Positions 47,045 through 58,108 of a DNA stretch of 64,000 nucleotides are shown here, one piece after another. The position numbers and the translations under genes were made by a program. The notes under the pieces were generated by a model. It made no database searches, was not told where the DNA came from, and was given only the letters and a program-made list of their open reading frames with translations. Source of the DNA: Plasmodiophora brassicae (taxonomy: Eukaryota); NCBI GenBank assembly GCA_036867785.1, contig CP145410.1:868001-932000 (forward strand), written 5' to 3'. How positions within the stretch are numbered: the stretch's first letter is position 1; each line of letters opens with the position of its first letter.

Positions 47045-50000
47045 TTAGAAATCTGCTAACAGTCGTGAGCAGAGCGGGTCTCCTTCGGCTTGTCGTTCGA
47101 GGAAGGCCCTGACGATATCAGGAACATCGGCCGCCATGACCGAGTAAGGTTCCCATGAATTGTCGGTGGCATCGAATCCGATCCAGTTGATCAGTAGTTC
47201 AGTGTCACCTGACGTAGAATTGACTCGAATGTCCTCGACTGCGTTGACTTGGTAAGCCACGCCGGTGAGCGCGATGTTGTGCTTCAGGGAAGAGGTGACA
47301 TTCAAGTGCGCATCTGCATAGAACATTAAGCGCTGGGCGTGTACATCTGAGATACGATCAGTCAAGAGATCTCGAACTCGATACACCCAGTCGTTGATGG
47401 TGTCGATAATCTGGGCAGGTCCAGTCCAGTTGTACTCGGACTTGGAGTGCTTGCCATGGTTGGCCACGAGAACATAGTCGCCCGTCGTGAAGTTGATCTC
47501 GCGAACATTGCGTCGGCGACGCCGGGCGCGTTGCTTGAGATCACGTAGATGGGTGCGTGTACGTGCCACTGCTTTGTGCATGTCCTCGAGAGAATCGATA
47601 AGTTCCGTCGTCATTTCCTTGAGACGGTCAGGGGTCAACGGTACGTCGATAACCGCGTCGATGCGTTTGTTGAAGATAATCGAGATAGGTGTCGAGGGTG
47701 GCAAACCCGTAAACATCGTGACAGGCGCGTAGCCCACACTTGATCGAACAGTGTGATTTACCGTCATGTTGATCAGCGGAAGGACATACGGCCAATCCTG
47801 GAATGGAAGATTTAGCTCGGAGAGGAGGGACTTCAGCAGAAAGAGAAGCCGCTTGTTGACAACCTCAACCGTGCCGTTCGCCCAAGGTGTGTAGGCAGTT
47901 GTGAAATGATGGTTGCAGTGTAACCGGCTATTAAGCTCGGCGATAACCGCGTTTTTGAAGTGTGTGCCGCGGTCAGAGACATGTTGGAAAACAATGCCGA
48001 AACGTTTGAACCAATCCAGAAGAGATTCGGCGACAACGCTGTGATCCGCGAATTGACAAGGAATTAACTCGACGAATGCCGTGGCGTCGTCCTTCAGAAC
48101 CAGAACATAACGAAGTTGATGAGAATCGCCTGGACGAGGTTTGGATAAGAACAGAAAGTCATAGTGGATGACCTTATTGGGCTTGTCCGCATGCATAGCC
48201 GTGCCAAAAGGTCGGGGAATCATCGAATCTTTGTTGCGTAGGCAGTGTAAGCATTTGTCCACAAATGCACGAACAAAGGAATCCAGATCAGGCCACCAGA
48301 AGAGTTGTGCGATGCTCGAAATAGTCGATGCAGCAGGTTGATGACCAGACAGTCCCATATGTGAAATCACTGCGATGCGTAGCTGCAGTGCATGTGATGG
48401 TACCCAGAGTTGATTGTCTGGAGTACGCCAGCCAGATTCCGGGCTAAGGTGGAGAGACATGTCCCCTTCGAGTTGGAGAATATCGGAAACGGCAGATAGG
48501 TCGTGTTGGCGAATGTAGTCGGTCTGAGCGTTACTAATCTCGTCGACAGACGGCCAGATAAACTCATCGGTCATCTTGTAATCGTCGAAGTCAAGATTAA
48601 TTGCCATATGACGAATAGAACGGAACGATGGAGGGGAAAATGAGGAGAGTGGTTGCAGGGCGACGCCCCACCGCGTGGCGAGGTCGGCCCAAACGTTGTC
48701 CTCCCCAGCAATGTGCTCAATGTGAAAATCTAGGTCGATAATCTGAAGTCGCCAGCGCTCCAAGCGATCGCCGGTCGTCCGACTAATTCGTGCAACCGAG
48801 GCTGGGTTCAGAATGAAAACCAAATTACGGTGGTCTGTGAAGATTCGAAGTGCCAGCTTTGACATAGAGATGAAGTGTCTGAGGCGATAGCAGCCTTCAA
48901 TGATGGCGTAGGCCTCCTTCTCAATGGTCGCCCACTTCAATTGAGAACCACGGAATGTCCCCGAGATGAACGACAAAGGTTCGTGGTGTTGCTCACCGTA
49001 CGGGAGATCAATATCTTCCGGAGGGATCTGCGACAGGAAAACAGACCAGAAACGGTCACTCGCATCCGGAAAGAGACACATGATCCATTCGTCCTTGGGG
49101 TGCGCCAGCGTCATGGCCTCCGATAGTCGATGCTTCAGAGAATTGAAACTGGTGAGATGGTCAGTGGTCCAGCCGATGTCGGCTAAACGAACTCGACGTA
49201 GGTGTGATTTCTTCAGACTGCTGACAGAACGAGAAGCGGACAGAAGTAGATCCTGTAGCGGATGAACATGTGCCGCGAATTGAGGGATAACAGAACGGAC
49301 CCAATTGAGGCCCGAGAGGAACTGTTGGAGATCAGCAGCCGTGATAGGAGTTGATAGATCGTGCAAGGCGTTGAGATACGAGCGATCGAACGACACTCCA
49401 TCAGCGGATATAACGCGACCGCACCATGTCACTGAAGTGAGATATAACTGGCAGCGATCAGGGTTGAGTTTAACTCCAAACTCGTCGAAAGCGTTGAGAA
49501 GAGATTCGAGTGTGTCCATGTAGGCTCCGAATCCAGATACGTAGCCGAGGATATCGTCGATCCAGAGTAGGGCGCAGATATATAGAAGTTTCCCCAACAC
49601 CTGTTGCATTCCCGCCTGGAACGCAAACACGCAATCAGCGATTCCCTGGATGATGCGCCTGGGTGTAAACGTGGCGATGTGCGTCATGAACGAGCAGGCC
49701 TCCTGCGAATCAGGGTGCAACGGAAATTGCCAATAGCCTTTAAAGGCATCGAACAGCATGAAGATGGTCGCGGAACGTAGGTAGGTCAGGATGATGTCGA
49801 TGTGAGGCATCGGCCATGCAATGCGTTCGGTCTGTTTGTTGACGGCTTCATTGATGTCGACGGTCAGCCGATGGCCGCGAACCTCCGTGTCCTTCTTGTC
49901 GACGACCAGACACGGCGACGCGTACCTGCTGTGCGGATTGCGGTACACAAAATCGTTTTCCGCCAAGGTTCCTACGTGATCATCCATGAATTTTTGATGT

Positions 50001-51934
50001 TCGAGGGTATACCTTCGTGTTCGGCAACGAACAGGACGAGCATCTGCTTTGAAGTGTAGTTTCAGTGGACTTACTTTCGCAGGTGGATCACGGCCAAGCT
50101 TCGTTCGCCATATGTCTTTGTGTCGATTGACAGTTGTGCGTAGACGCGGGACTTGATCGTTAGGGAAACCGGAGTCAGTTGCACGTTGTATCATCCGGTC
50201 TATTGCCCTGTCCACGTCTGTATCGGAGTGTTCTCCGATTTCGACATCATAGTCGTCACCCGGATCATTGGTGTCCAATTGGGGCTCATGATCGCGAGTT
50301 GTTCCACTTACCTCCGGGTGTCTTACCGCTCTCATCGTGATCCCTTGACCACCTGGGGCGTGACGTTCCGGGGTCGGATCCGCTTCGATGATGATAGGAC
50401 CATTTGCCTCGATTAACATCTCCTTCAGTTGTGTAGCTGGATTGATACCCAACGCGTCCAGTTCCGGGGCTCCTAAAAGGACAATGTCATCAGATAGGTC
50501 TTCGCGACATACGTTGATTTCCCGCCCGCGTAGATGTGCAGGTTTGCCATGCGAAGGTGGGACAATGGTGATGTCCACGATCGCTGTGGCGACAATTGTT
50601 GTCGTAGCCCCGATCGTTGCAAGTTTCGCCTCCGTTGGATGGTCGAACACTTTGACTGGGACATGCTGGATGGCTTGAATCCGTAGCAGTTGCGATTGCG
50701 AAATGACGGTCTTCGTCGCACCACTATCGGCTTCGAATGGAAGGTCGAGCGAGTTCTGGAAGCGAAGTCTCATAGGGGACGGTGTTGACGGCGACGGCGG
50801 GCCCATGCGCTTTGCCGTGTCTGCGTTGCCCTTACTCTCCTCCTTCTCTTTGCGCTCTTTCTGGAACTTTTCAATGGCAGCTTTGCGTTCTCCTTGAGTT
50901 GCCTTCGGGCACACTTGGACCCAGTGCTGCTCCTTGCAGATTAGGCAACCTGCCTTTGGAGGATCCTTACCTTCGAAACGTTTTCGGATGTGCTCGGGGA
51001 TGTCCCTCGATTCGTCTTTCGTTTGCGATGTGGACGATTGAGCTGTCTTCAGTCCGATCGGATTTGTCGGATGCTTGCCGCCATTCCTATTCGGAGCAAC
51101 AACGTCCTTACCTTTCTTACCTGCAGGTGGGGACATGGTCTGCGCTGGAGACTTCTTCTTCTCAGCTTGCAGCCGGAAGTGTTTGTCCTGCTCTTTGGCA
51201 AGACGGTCGACGAGGTCGAAGAATTTGAGCTCGTCCTTCTCAGCGTCCCTGCACCCTCCGAACTCGATCGCGCGTTCGACTAGAACCGCAAGGTCAGTGG
51301 GACGGATACCTCCGCGTAATACCTTGATCTTGCGCTTGGTTCCTTTCGTTCCTTTGGCGTATGTGTCTTGTAGCCCATAGTCGTCGATTAGCTCATCGAA
51401 CTTGGCGAAGAAAGACGTGACACGTTCCTCAATACTCTTGATTGACAGGTTCATGACCACTGTCTTCGTGAGAAGCGCCTTGATGTCTGTCGAACTCTCG
51501 ACATCAGCCTCCCTGCGTTGGACTGACCTCAAGTAGCTCATGATGTCGCCATCCGTGATCGTGCTGGCGGGTTGACGTAGGCGATATTTCGACATCCCTC
51601 TGAGGACGTCCTCGGTAATGCATGACTTCACCGTTGGCGGATGAATATCCTCCTTGTAGATCAGTCGGCGCTCGTTAACGATCTCGACGTGTTTCCTATA
51701 TTTCTTGAGGAAATCGTTAATTCCGTCCTTGGCCGTAAGGCTCAGGGTACGTAGGATGGGCGGTTTCAAAGGCATAAAGATCGGGCTCTTACCGTGCAGG
51801 TTTGTTGACTGAAGCCCTCGATCGATTTCGTCATCTGTCGACGATTCATGCTCCTTGGCCTCGGCGTCGGAGTTGGTCCTGGCGTCGTCCTCCATCTGTA
51901 GACGAACGGGCGCTCTGCGGCCACCTCCTGCCAT
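47045..51934 (-). CDS. Gag-Pol polyprotein (Zn knuckle, PR, RT, RNase H, integrase, chromodomain), 1629 aa
   Basis: CLICKEQHWVQVC; ADSGA; DAFKGYWQ and WIDD; PDASD, IEKEAY, TDHRN and NVWAD; H..H..CLHC; SDRGTHF and NGTVE; WTGP; NWIGFDATDNSWEP. Confidence 0.97.
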   Translation of the reverse strand: MAGGGRRAPVRLQMEDDARTNSDAEAKEHESSTDDEIDRGLQSTNLHGKSPIFMPLKPPILRTLSLTAKDGINDFLKKYRKHVEIVNERRLIYKEDIHPPTVKSCITEDVLRGMSKYRLRQPASTITDGDIMSYLRSVQRREADVESSTDIKALLTKTVVMNLSIKSIEERVTSFFAKFDELIDDYGLQDTYAKGTKGTKRKIKVLRGGIRPTDLAVLVERAIEFGGCRDAEKDELKFFDLVDRLAKEQDKHFRLQAEKKKSPAQTMSPPAGKKGKDVVAPNRNGGKHPTNPIGLKTAQSSTSQTKDESRDIPEHIRKRFEGKDPPKAGCLICKEQHWVQVCPKATQGERKAAIEKFQKERKEKEESKGNADTAKRMGPPSPSTPSPMRLRFQNSLDLPFEADSGATKTVISQSQLLRIQAIQHVPVKVFDHPTEAKLATIGATTTIVATAIVDITIVPPSHGKPAHLRGREINVCREDLSDDIVLLGAPELDALGINPATQLKEMLIEANGPIIIEADPTPERHAPGGQGITMRAVRHPEVSGTTRDHEPQLDTNDPGDDYDVEIGEHSDTDVDRAIDRMIQRATDSGFPNDQVPRLRTTVNRHKDIWRTKLGRDPPAKVSPLKLHFKADARPVRCRTRRYTLEHQKFMDDHVGTLAENDFVYRNPHSRYASPCLVVDKKDTEVRGHRLTVDINEAVNKQTERIAWPMPHIDIILTYLRSATIFMLFDAFKGYWQFPLHPDSQEACSFMTHIATFTPRRIIQGIADCVFAFQAGMQQVLGKLLYICALLWIDDILGYVSGFGAYMDTLESLLNAFDEFGVKLNPDRCQLYLTSVTWCGRVISADGVSFDRSYLNALHDLSTPITAADLQQFLSGLNWVRSVIPQFAAHVHPLQDLLLSASRSVSSLKKSHLRRVRLADIGWTTDHLTSFNSLKHRLSEAMTLAHPKDEWIMCLFPDASDRFWSVFLSQIPPEDIDLPYGEQHHEPLSFISGTFRGSQLKWATIEKEAYAIIEGCYRLRHFISMSKLALRIFTDHRNLVFILNPASVARISRTTGDRLERWRLQIIDLDFHIEHIAGEDNVWADLATRWGVALQPLSSFSPPSFRSIRHMAINLDFDDYKMTDEFIWPSVDEISNAQTDYIRQHDLSAVSDILQLEGDMSLHLSPESGWRTPDNQLWVPSHALQLRIAVISHMGLSGHQPAASTISSIAQLFWWPDLDSFVRAFVDKCLHCLRNKDSMIPRPFGTAMHADKPNKVIHYDFLFLSKPRPGDSHQLRYVLVLKDDATAFVELIPCQFADHSVVAESLLDWFKRFGIVFQHVSDRGTHFKNAVIAELNSRLHCNHHFTTAYTPWANGTVEVVNKRLLFLLKSLLSELNLPFQDWPYVLPLINMTVNHTVRSSVGYAPVTMFTGLPPSTPISIIFNKRIDAVIDVPLTPDRLKEMTTELIDSLEDMHKAVARTRTHLRDLKQRARRRRRNVREINFTTGDYVLVANHGKHSKSEYNWTGPAQIIDTINDWVYRVRDLLTDRISDVHAQRLMFYADAHLNVTSSLKHNIALTGVAYQVNAVEDIRVNSTSGDTELLINWIGFDATDNSWEPYSVMAADVPDIVRAFLERQAEGDPLCSRLLADF

Positions 51935-51977
51935 TAAGTGAGTTCGTTTGCTTGGGGCTCTTTGCGCAAGAAGCTTC

Positions 51978-52174
51978 TGTGCTAACGCCGCCGCTGCCCA
52001 CTACGGGGGCGGTCGGTCGCAAGAGTCGGCGCCTGGTGATATAACGAACTGATGTATTTGGACAGGATCGTCACAGCAAGGGCCGCTGCGGGGTCGAGTA
52101 CGGTCATGATCATGTGACCGGGTGGCAGCAGCATCTGAGCAGCATCATCTGAGTACTGGTACTCTGGATGAACA
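51978..52174 (-). repeat. 5' LTR
   Basis: Identical by eye to 46839-47035. Confidence 0.95.
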
Positions 52175-53023
52175 CAGGGTGCATCAATCGAAAGCGGTCG
52201 GTCGTAAGGAGGACCCGTTCATCGCCGAGAATTTCATGCGAACCGGACGCAAGTCCAACTACAACCTTGTCCAGTGTAACCGTTGTGTGATGGCATTCCG
52301 CTCGTCCGAGCACACGTGCTCGCATGCTGAAGGCTCCATCTTCGGTTCCAGCGGAACCGAATAATCGCTGCTCGGGAACTGCCCCGCCTTATCGACATGG
52401 GCTCTTCGAGCTTAGCGTCAGCTTTGGCATCTAACGCACCGAGTTCGGCGACGTCGGCTTCGGTGTCCTGTCCGATTCCTGTATATTCGTTGTCTTCACA
52501 ACGTAACCCGACGGTGGCGAAGAGGCTCCTGATGGCGAGGACGAAATCGACGATGCTGCGTTGGCAAGCGATTCTGTGGCGACGTACGCATGGAAACTGG
52601 ATCCGTCAGCGTCGTGGACCCTGTTCCTGACGAGCTGTTTGCGGATGACCTGCCATCCTTGCCTGTTGTTAACGACAGCAGCGTTTCCCAGGAGCACGTC
52701 AACAAGCTGAACAACGTCGGTGGGATGAAACGATCGTTAATGGACATATTCAACAATGACAATGAGGTACCGCCGCTGTTTCCCCGATCCCAATAAACGC
52801 AACTACGTTAGACTCTCTCTCCCCTGTCCCAGTATTCTAAACCCCATATGCGATGACTTGAATTGTAACTTTTAGTTATAACTAGTTACAAATTAGTTAT
52901 AACTAGTTATAACTAAGTCCACACGGCGGCCTATTATAACTCGCAACCTTGCCGTTCTCAGTGGCAGGCCTTTCTATATTTGACAACGCAGGCGCCAGTA
53001 ACAACCGTATTACGTGGATGGAG

Positions 53024-53725
53024 TTATTTAGCAGTTGGTGACGAAGGGTCGGGAACTTCACGAAGGTATGGGAGGACAGAGTTATAGGTGCCGAATATTT
53101 TCTTGGCGTCATCGTCGGGGATCGACGGGCCGATGATGCACGCCTTGCCCTTCTGCCAGTCGGCGGGCGTAACGACCTTCTTCGAGGCGGTCAGCTGCAG
53201 TGAGTCGAAGACGCGCAGGATTTCGTTGAAGTTGCGGCCAGTCGACGCGGGGTACGTGATCAAGGCCTTGCAGTACTTGTCGGGGCCGATGAAGAACACG
53301 GAGCGGACTACCTCGGGCATCCCGGCTTTGCCCAGCCTCGTCTGGTCCAGCATGCCGAACCTGACGGCGATCCTGCGATCAGAATCGGCAATGATGGGGA
53401 AGTCGACCGTGCAGTTCTGGGACGTTTCAATGTCGCCCTTCCATTTCGCATGGGACGCCAGCGAGTCGCAACTGAGCGCGATGACTTTGATCTTGCGCGC
53501 GGCGAACTCATCCTTCAGCTGGGCAACGCGCCCGAGCTCTGTCGTGCAGACCGGCGTGAAATCCTTGGGGTGCGAGAATAGGCACGCCCAGTTGTCGCCG
53601 ATGTAGTCGTAGAACTTGATCTCGCCGTGCGATGACTCGGCCGTGAAATCGGGCACCTGGTCGCCGATGTGCATCATCGTCTGCATCGACAGCAGCTCCA
53701 TGCCGGTCTTCCCCTTGGTGTCCAT
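53024..53725 (-). CDS. PRDX6: 1-Cys peroxiredoxin (Prx6 family), intronless
   Basis: FSHPKDFTPVCTTELG, YPASTGRNFNEILR and TPADW. Exact start Met uncertain. Confidence 0.95.
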   Translation of the reverse strand: MDTKGKTGMELLSMQTMMHIGDQVPDFTAESSHGEIKFYDYIGDNWACLFSHPKDFTPVCTTELGRVAQLKDEFAARKIKVIALSCDSLASHAKWKGDIETSQNCTVDFPIIADSDRRIAVRFGMLDQTRLGKAGMPEVVRSVFFIGPDKYCKALITYPASTGRNFNEILRVFDSLQLTASKKVVTPADWQKGKACIIGPSIPDDDAKKIFGTYNSVLPYLREVPDPSSPTAK

Positions 53726-54007
53726 GGGTTTCTGCCGGCCGCACTGGAACATTGCCTGTGTCGATCGGGCAGCAGGTGCGCGCGACCCCAATTCGAAATG
53801 CGCGTGCCTGCCGGGCAATGCATGACTCCATTCGTGGACACGCGCCGTCTGCGCTCAGGACGGTGGAATCTTTTTGTTTACACAGGCCAGGTCGTTGCCC
53901 TGCGGCAGCTGTGTGATCCGGGGTTGGTAAAGGGCTGAGCGCGCGACGTTGTTTACTGCGCGGTCGGGGGCGTGGGCTGTGGGCCGCCGCACCGTCGAGC
54001 CGGTCGC

Positions 54008-55305
54008 ATGGACGTCTACTGGACCGTCGGCCTAATAGCGCCCCTGCTGGCATTCTATCTCCTCATGGTATGGTCGAGGTCGCGCGTCCTGTCCAGGCTA
54101 GTCGGGCGCGATCCCGCCGTCCGGCTCGGGTACGACGGCGCCTGTCTGCGGACGCTGATCTGGGCTGAAACGTTGCTGTCCAGATCATGGGCCGGTGTGC
54201 ATAGTATTCAAGGGCGCCGCCAACATATGGTACATCGTGCATCGTTTGCATACATGCAGCATAGGCTCATGGACGCAACGTTCTTAGGAAGATACATTTG
54301 CGTATCATCCCGTGTTCCGGACGAAAGGGTCTCACAAGTTTCAACTCCATGCTGTGTTCGACGGTTGGTGTATGCTGCCACGTAGCGTATGCAGCCACAT
54401 GATTGGATTATTTGCAGGGCATGGGGGATCCGTATGCTCCAGGTTTCTGGCGGACCAACTTCCCACCCTGGCTCGCTCGTGCATAGACGAACGCCTATCG
54501 AACGCGCGAACCGACGTTCAGTGCAACGATGCAGTTCGAGCCGCTCTAATGGATGTATTTGAGAAATCAGAACGCGAATACCTTGCACTTGCGGAAACCA
54601 ATCAACTGGATGATGGCTCGACAGGTTCGTGTGTGGTGCCTGATATTCAATTGCTGGTTCGTTGACGGGTGTGCGGTGGTGTTCAGCTGTTGTCGCTGTG
54701 TTGCACAGTCATCATTCGGGTGCCGACGTCTACGTCGCCAACCTTGGCGATTCCCGGGCTGTGCTTGCCCACAAAGCGTTTGCGTTGCCCCTCTCAACTG
54801 ACCATAAGCCGGATCGGCCCGACGAACGAAGGCGGGTTGAATCACTTGGGGGTCGCGTTGTCTTCTGGGGAACATGGCGAGTTCAAGGTAATTGCCATAA
54901 CTGCTATTGCCTAGAACTATATCGGATTAAATGCCTGCTTTCCGCAAGGCATTCTTTCGTTATCGAGGGCTATCGGCGACCGCAATCTAAAGCCGCTGGT
55001 ATCATCGGTGCCTGAAATCGTATCCAGGCGTGTTTCACCTGGAGATGATTTCATTATCCTGGCCAGTGACGGGTTATGGGATGTATTATCGTCGCAGAAT
55101 GCTGTTGACATGGTTTACAAACACGGATGGAGGTCATCATCTGCACAGGTCGGTACCATTTGTTGAACGATTCGTCGTCCGTCGCAATTAATGAATCGTT
55201 GGCGTTTAGGCGGCCCGGGAACTTACCCGGACAGCTATGCAGATGGGATCCATGGACAACATCACTTGCATGATCATTGATCTGCATCAGCTGCACAATA
55301 AATAG
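54008..55305 (+). CDS. PP2C/PPM-family protein phosphatase with N-terminal TM anchor, multi-exon
   Basis: QGRRQHM|ED, AVFDG|HGG, DGST, VANLGDSRAVL, DHKP, SRAIGD, ILASDGLWDV and GSMDNIT. Confidence 0.92.
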
Positions 55306-55572
55306 TTTATTATATCACGAAAGCGAAGACCCGTCGGCGATCCCTCACTCTTGTCGTTATTACTAGCAGCACTATCCTGTTTGTGTTTCTCCCGTCGCTG
55401 TAGCATGCGATCCCTGACGTTTTCTGATCGACGGGCGCGAACATTCACGGTGGTCACCCTGATTGCCGGTCGAAAGGCGACATCGCTCACCGAACACGGG
55501 TGCGCAAGACCCTACCGCCAAGCAACGCGTTCCTGGTTCAGTGGGCTGATCAGGGAAGCAGAGTCCTGTATA

Positions 55573-55950
55573 TTAAAGGGGCCTGATCAGCGTGAACTTT
55601 GCTGCATACCTCGCTTGTCCTTCTAGTCCTCTAGGGGTCGCTGGGACGGAATGCTCGCTACCGAACTCGGACGCAACGAACTGGCTGATGTGGCTGAACT
55701 CGGTCTCGCTCTGTGATGCATCAAAATCGTTGACGAAGTAGCCGCCGTCGGATGCGTCCTCTGCCGATGCCTGCGGAGGACGATTCGAATGCTTTGACTC
55801 CGGTCCCGTCCCAGGAGCGGCGCCAACGACGGGCACAACTTGGTCGAACTGATCTTCCGAATACCCGCTGCCTGTCCCGCTGCAGGTGCTGCTGCTGCTG
55901 CTGTTGTTATCCGCATCCCGCGCGTATTGGTGCGACGAAGCGCAACCCAT
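55573..55950 (-). CDS. Small hypothetical protein with an MGCxxS acylation-type N-terminus (further 3' exons possible to ~55287)
   Basis: MGCASS start followed by an acidic/Ser-rich body. Splice pattern unresolved. Confidence 0.5.
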   Translation of the reverse strand: MGCASSHQYARDADNNSSSSSTCSGTGSGYSEDQFDQVVPVVGAAPGTGPESKHSNRPPQASAEDASDGGYFVNDFDASQSETEFSHISQFVASEFGSEHSVPATPRGLEGQARYAAKFTLIRPL

Positions 55951-56319
55951 GGGATCGTTCGTACAACGTGGACAGTATCTCTCTGGTCAAACGAGCCAAG
56001 ATTCGCGTCCACGTCGCATTCTGCAGATATTCACTCGGCACCCTCATGTACAACCCCGGCCCTCACCATAGGCCGTCCACGCGTCCAAACGCGGACGAGA
56101 CAACACCCTCGAAACAGCGACGCCAGGCGAAAACCCAAGGAGTCAATGACCTGGTTTCTCTTCAGCGCGGCTGCTATAACCGTCTGGGGGGCGGAGGGCC
56201 CGGGAGCGGAGGGACCGCATTTTCCTGACGCGAGTGAAGTCGCCGGGGAGCAGCAGATTTGGTCCGCTGCGCAGTCCGGGGCGGGGCGCAGTCAAACATC
56301 ATCATCGCGGGCGGCGGCA

Positions 56320-57742
56320 ATGACGACAGCGTCGTCGTCGACTGCCTCGGGGCTGTCCGTCAAAGCGTTGGTCCTGGGCGGGTTGGCCATTGTCGCGGTA
56401 GCGACGACGGCGACAGTGCTATGGCATCGTTCGAAGGCGACGGCGGCAAAGTCGCGATCGCCGAAGTCGAAGCGGGGGTTGAAGAAGGCGGCTAGGAAGA
56501 CACGTCAGGCGGCAGCCGTTGAAATCCCGTCGGAGGAAGATCTCGTCGGGCGGATTATTCGCTCGATGGAGACGATGCAGACGTCCGGAAGCGTGACCGG
56601 GTCGAACGAAGTTCAGCTGGAGCGCATTGCCCTGGCCATCGAGCCGTCCACGCTGTCGACGCGCGCGCGTCTTCTGCTTGCGCAGTGGTCGATCCTGTTC
56701 TACACGATCAAGACGATCACGGGCGAGCAGAGCGGGCAGCAGGCTGAAATCCTTCGCGACATGCACGAAGGCATGCGCCACGCATGGGCGCTGCTGGCCG
56801 TTCAGAGCCAGTGCTCGCCCGAGGAGCAGGTCGCCCTCGATATTCTGCAGCTCGACGTCGCTCAGCGACTTCGTGACCCGAAACGCATTGCCCCCGTGTA
56901 CCAACGCGTTCTGGAGCGCGGCATCGACCGGATGTCCATCGGTACTGTCCCTTCGTTCACGTATGGTTTCCATTTCTCATCATTCGCCGTCTGTCAGAGG
57001 AAATCCTTGTGATGTTCACGACGTCGCCGCTGCTGGGCCGATGGAGCGACACTCGTCGCCTGGGCGATATCATCCTATCGCGCCAGAAGACGCTGGACGA
57101 TTTCCACCAAGCGGCGCTACAGCGTCCCGAGCTTCCTGACTATGAGGTCCTGTACCGTCTGGCGGCGGACCAGGCGTCCGTCCCGTATTCGGCCGGCGAT
57201 ACGTCCCACCTGATGTGGACTGTCTATGCGATTCGCGAGTTCCGCATCCGGCTCGTCTCTGTCGAATCATCCGACCCGATGAAGGCTGAGCAGGTGTGCC
57301 GCCTGCTGGCATCGGCTTGTGCCGAACGGGTTCTGATGGTTGTCGATAGGTTCGTCAGTCGCTTGATAGCGAATGGCAGTCGACGCCGGTCGGCGATGAC
57401 GCCCGCCTGTTCCGCCATGGTGCCATTGGACAGATGCTGTCCGCGTCGGAAGTGAAGATCAGCATGGTCGGCCCCTGGTCAGCGGACGATAACGTCCTCA
57501 TCGAAGGCTACGCCGACTTGCAGAAGGGAGCGGATCCATCCGACGGCATCGTGCGCCAGACCGAACGATACGAGTTCCGGCGCGCGGAAGAGTCGCGCCA
57601 GGAGGGTCTGTGGACCGGCACCTACACGCTCGAGCAAGTCCAGAAAGACACGCACCCTAGCTCCATCGTTGTCAAGTTCGATCTGGAGTTGCTCCTCCAG
57701 GAAGACAAGTCGCTCGGCATGGCCGGCCCAGTCTCCGCGTAA
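56320..57742 (+). CDS. Hypothetical protein with an N-terminal signal-anchor, multi-exon
   Basis: ALVLGGLAIVAVATTATVLW followed by a basic stretch. Introns near 56942-56998 and 57293-57349. Confidence 0.55.
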
Positions 57743-58108
57743 TCACCCGTTACTTTCATCATCGCTTGGCGTTAGGAGGAACATGGATTAAAGACGACAG
57801 CCCCGTTATCACAGACGTGAACGCCCTTCCCGAACTGAGGGACGAGCATGCGGTCGTCGCGTACAGACAGCTGATCCGTCGTGGATGGATAGCCACTTGA
57901 TAGCCTCCTCTGCAGGGCGCCGGGTCACCTGGGATCCACGCGGTGACGTCCGGGGGGCGGGATCAATCCGGTCGACTAGTCAGGCGTCGTCCCGCGGTCG
58001 GCCCTGCGTTCATTGATTGCAATCGGCTGACAATCGGGACGGTTGTCGTTCGCAGCCGTCTAAGTTTAGGCGCGGGATAGCTGATAATAATTAGATCGAG
58101 CGGGCAGG

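Larger units (their letters stand above)
46839..52174 (-). mobile_element. Full-length Ty3/Gypsy chromodomain LTR retrotransposon (5336 bp), 5-bp TSD CAGGG
   Basis: 197-bp TG..CA LTRs at 46839-47035 and 51978-52174. CAGGG at 46834-46838 and 52175-52179. Single gag-pol ORF. Confidence 0.97.
46729..52796 (+). pseudogene. Truncated, LTR-interrupted 5' fragment of a BED-finger (hAT-like) transposase
   Basis: Exon MTSYNGLPNSLPIGGNS, then an intron (GTACGC..TACAG). After removing the LTR element the frame continues VHQSKAVGRKEDPFIAENF..VQCNRC, followed by stops and frameshifts. No catalytic domain. Confidence 0.45.
46467..52951 (+). mobile_element. Non-autonomous hAT-like TIR element (about 1.14 kb once the nested LTR element is removed)
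   Basis: Perfect 12-bp TIR: CAAGGTTGCGAG (46467-46478) and CTCGCAACCTTG (52940-52951). Clusters of the palindrome TAGTTATAACT(A) lie at both ends. Relic BED-finger-like coding GRKEDPF..VQCNRC is present. TSD unclear (CCGTTT / CCGTTC). Confidence 0.7.
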
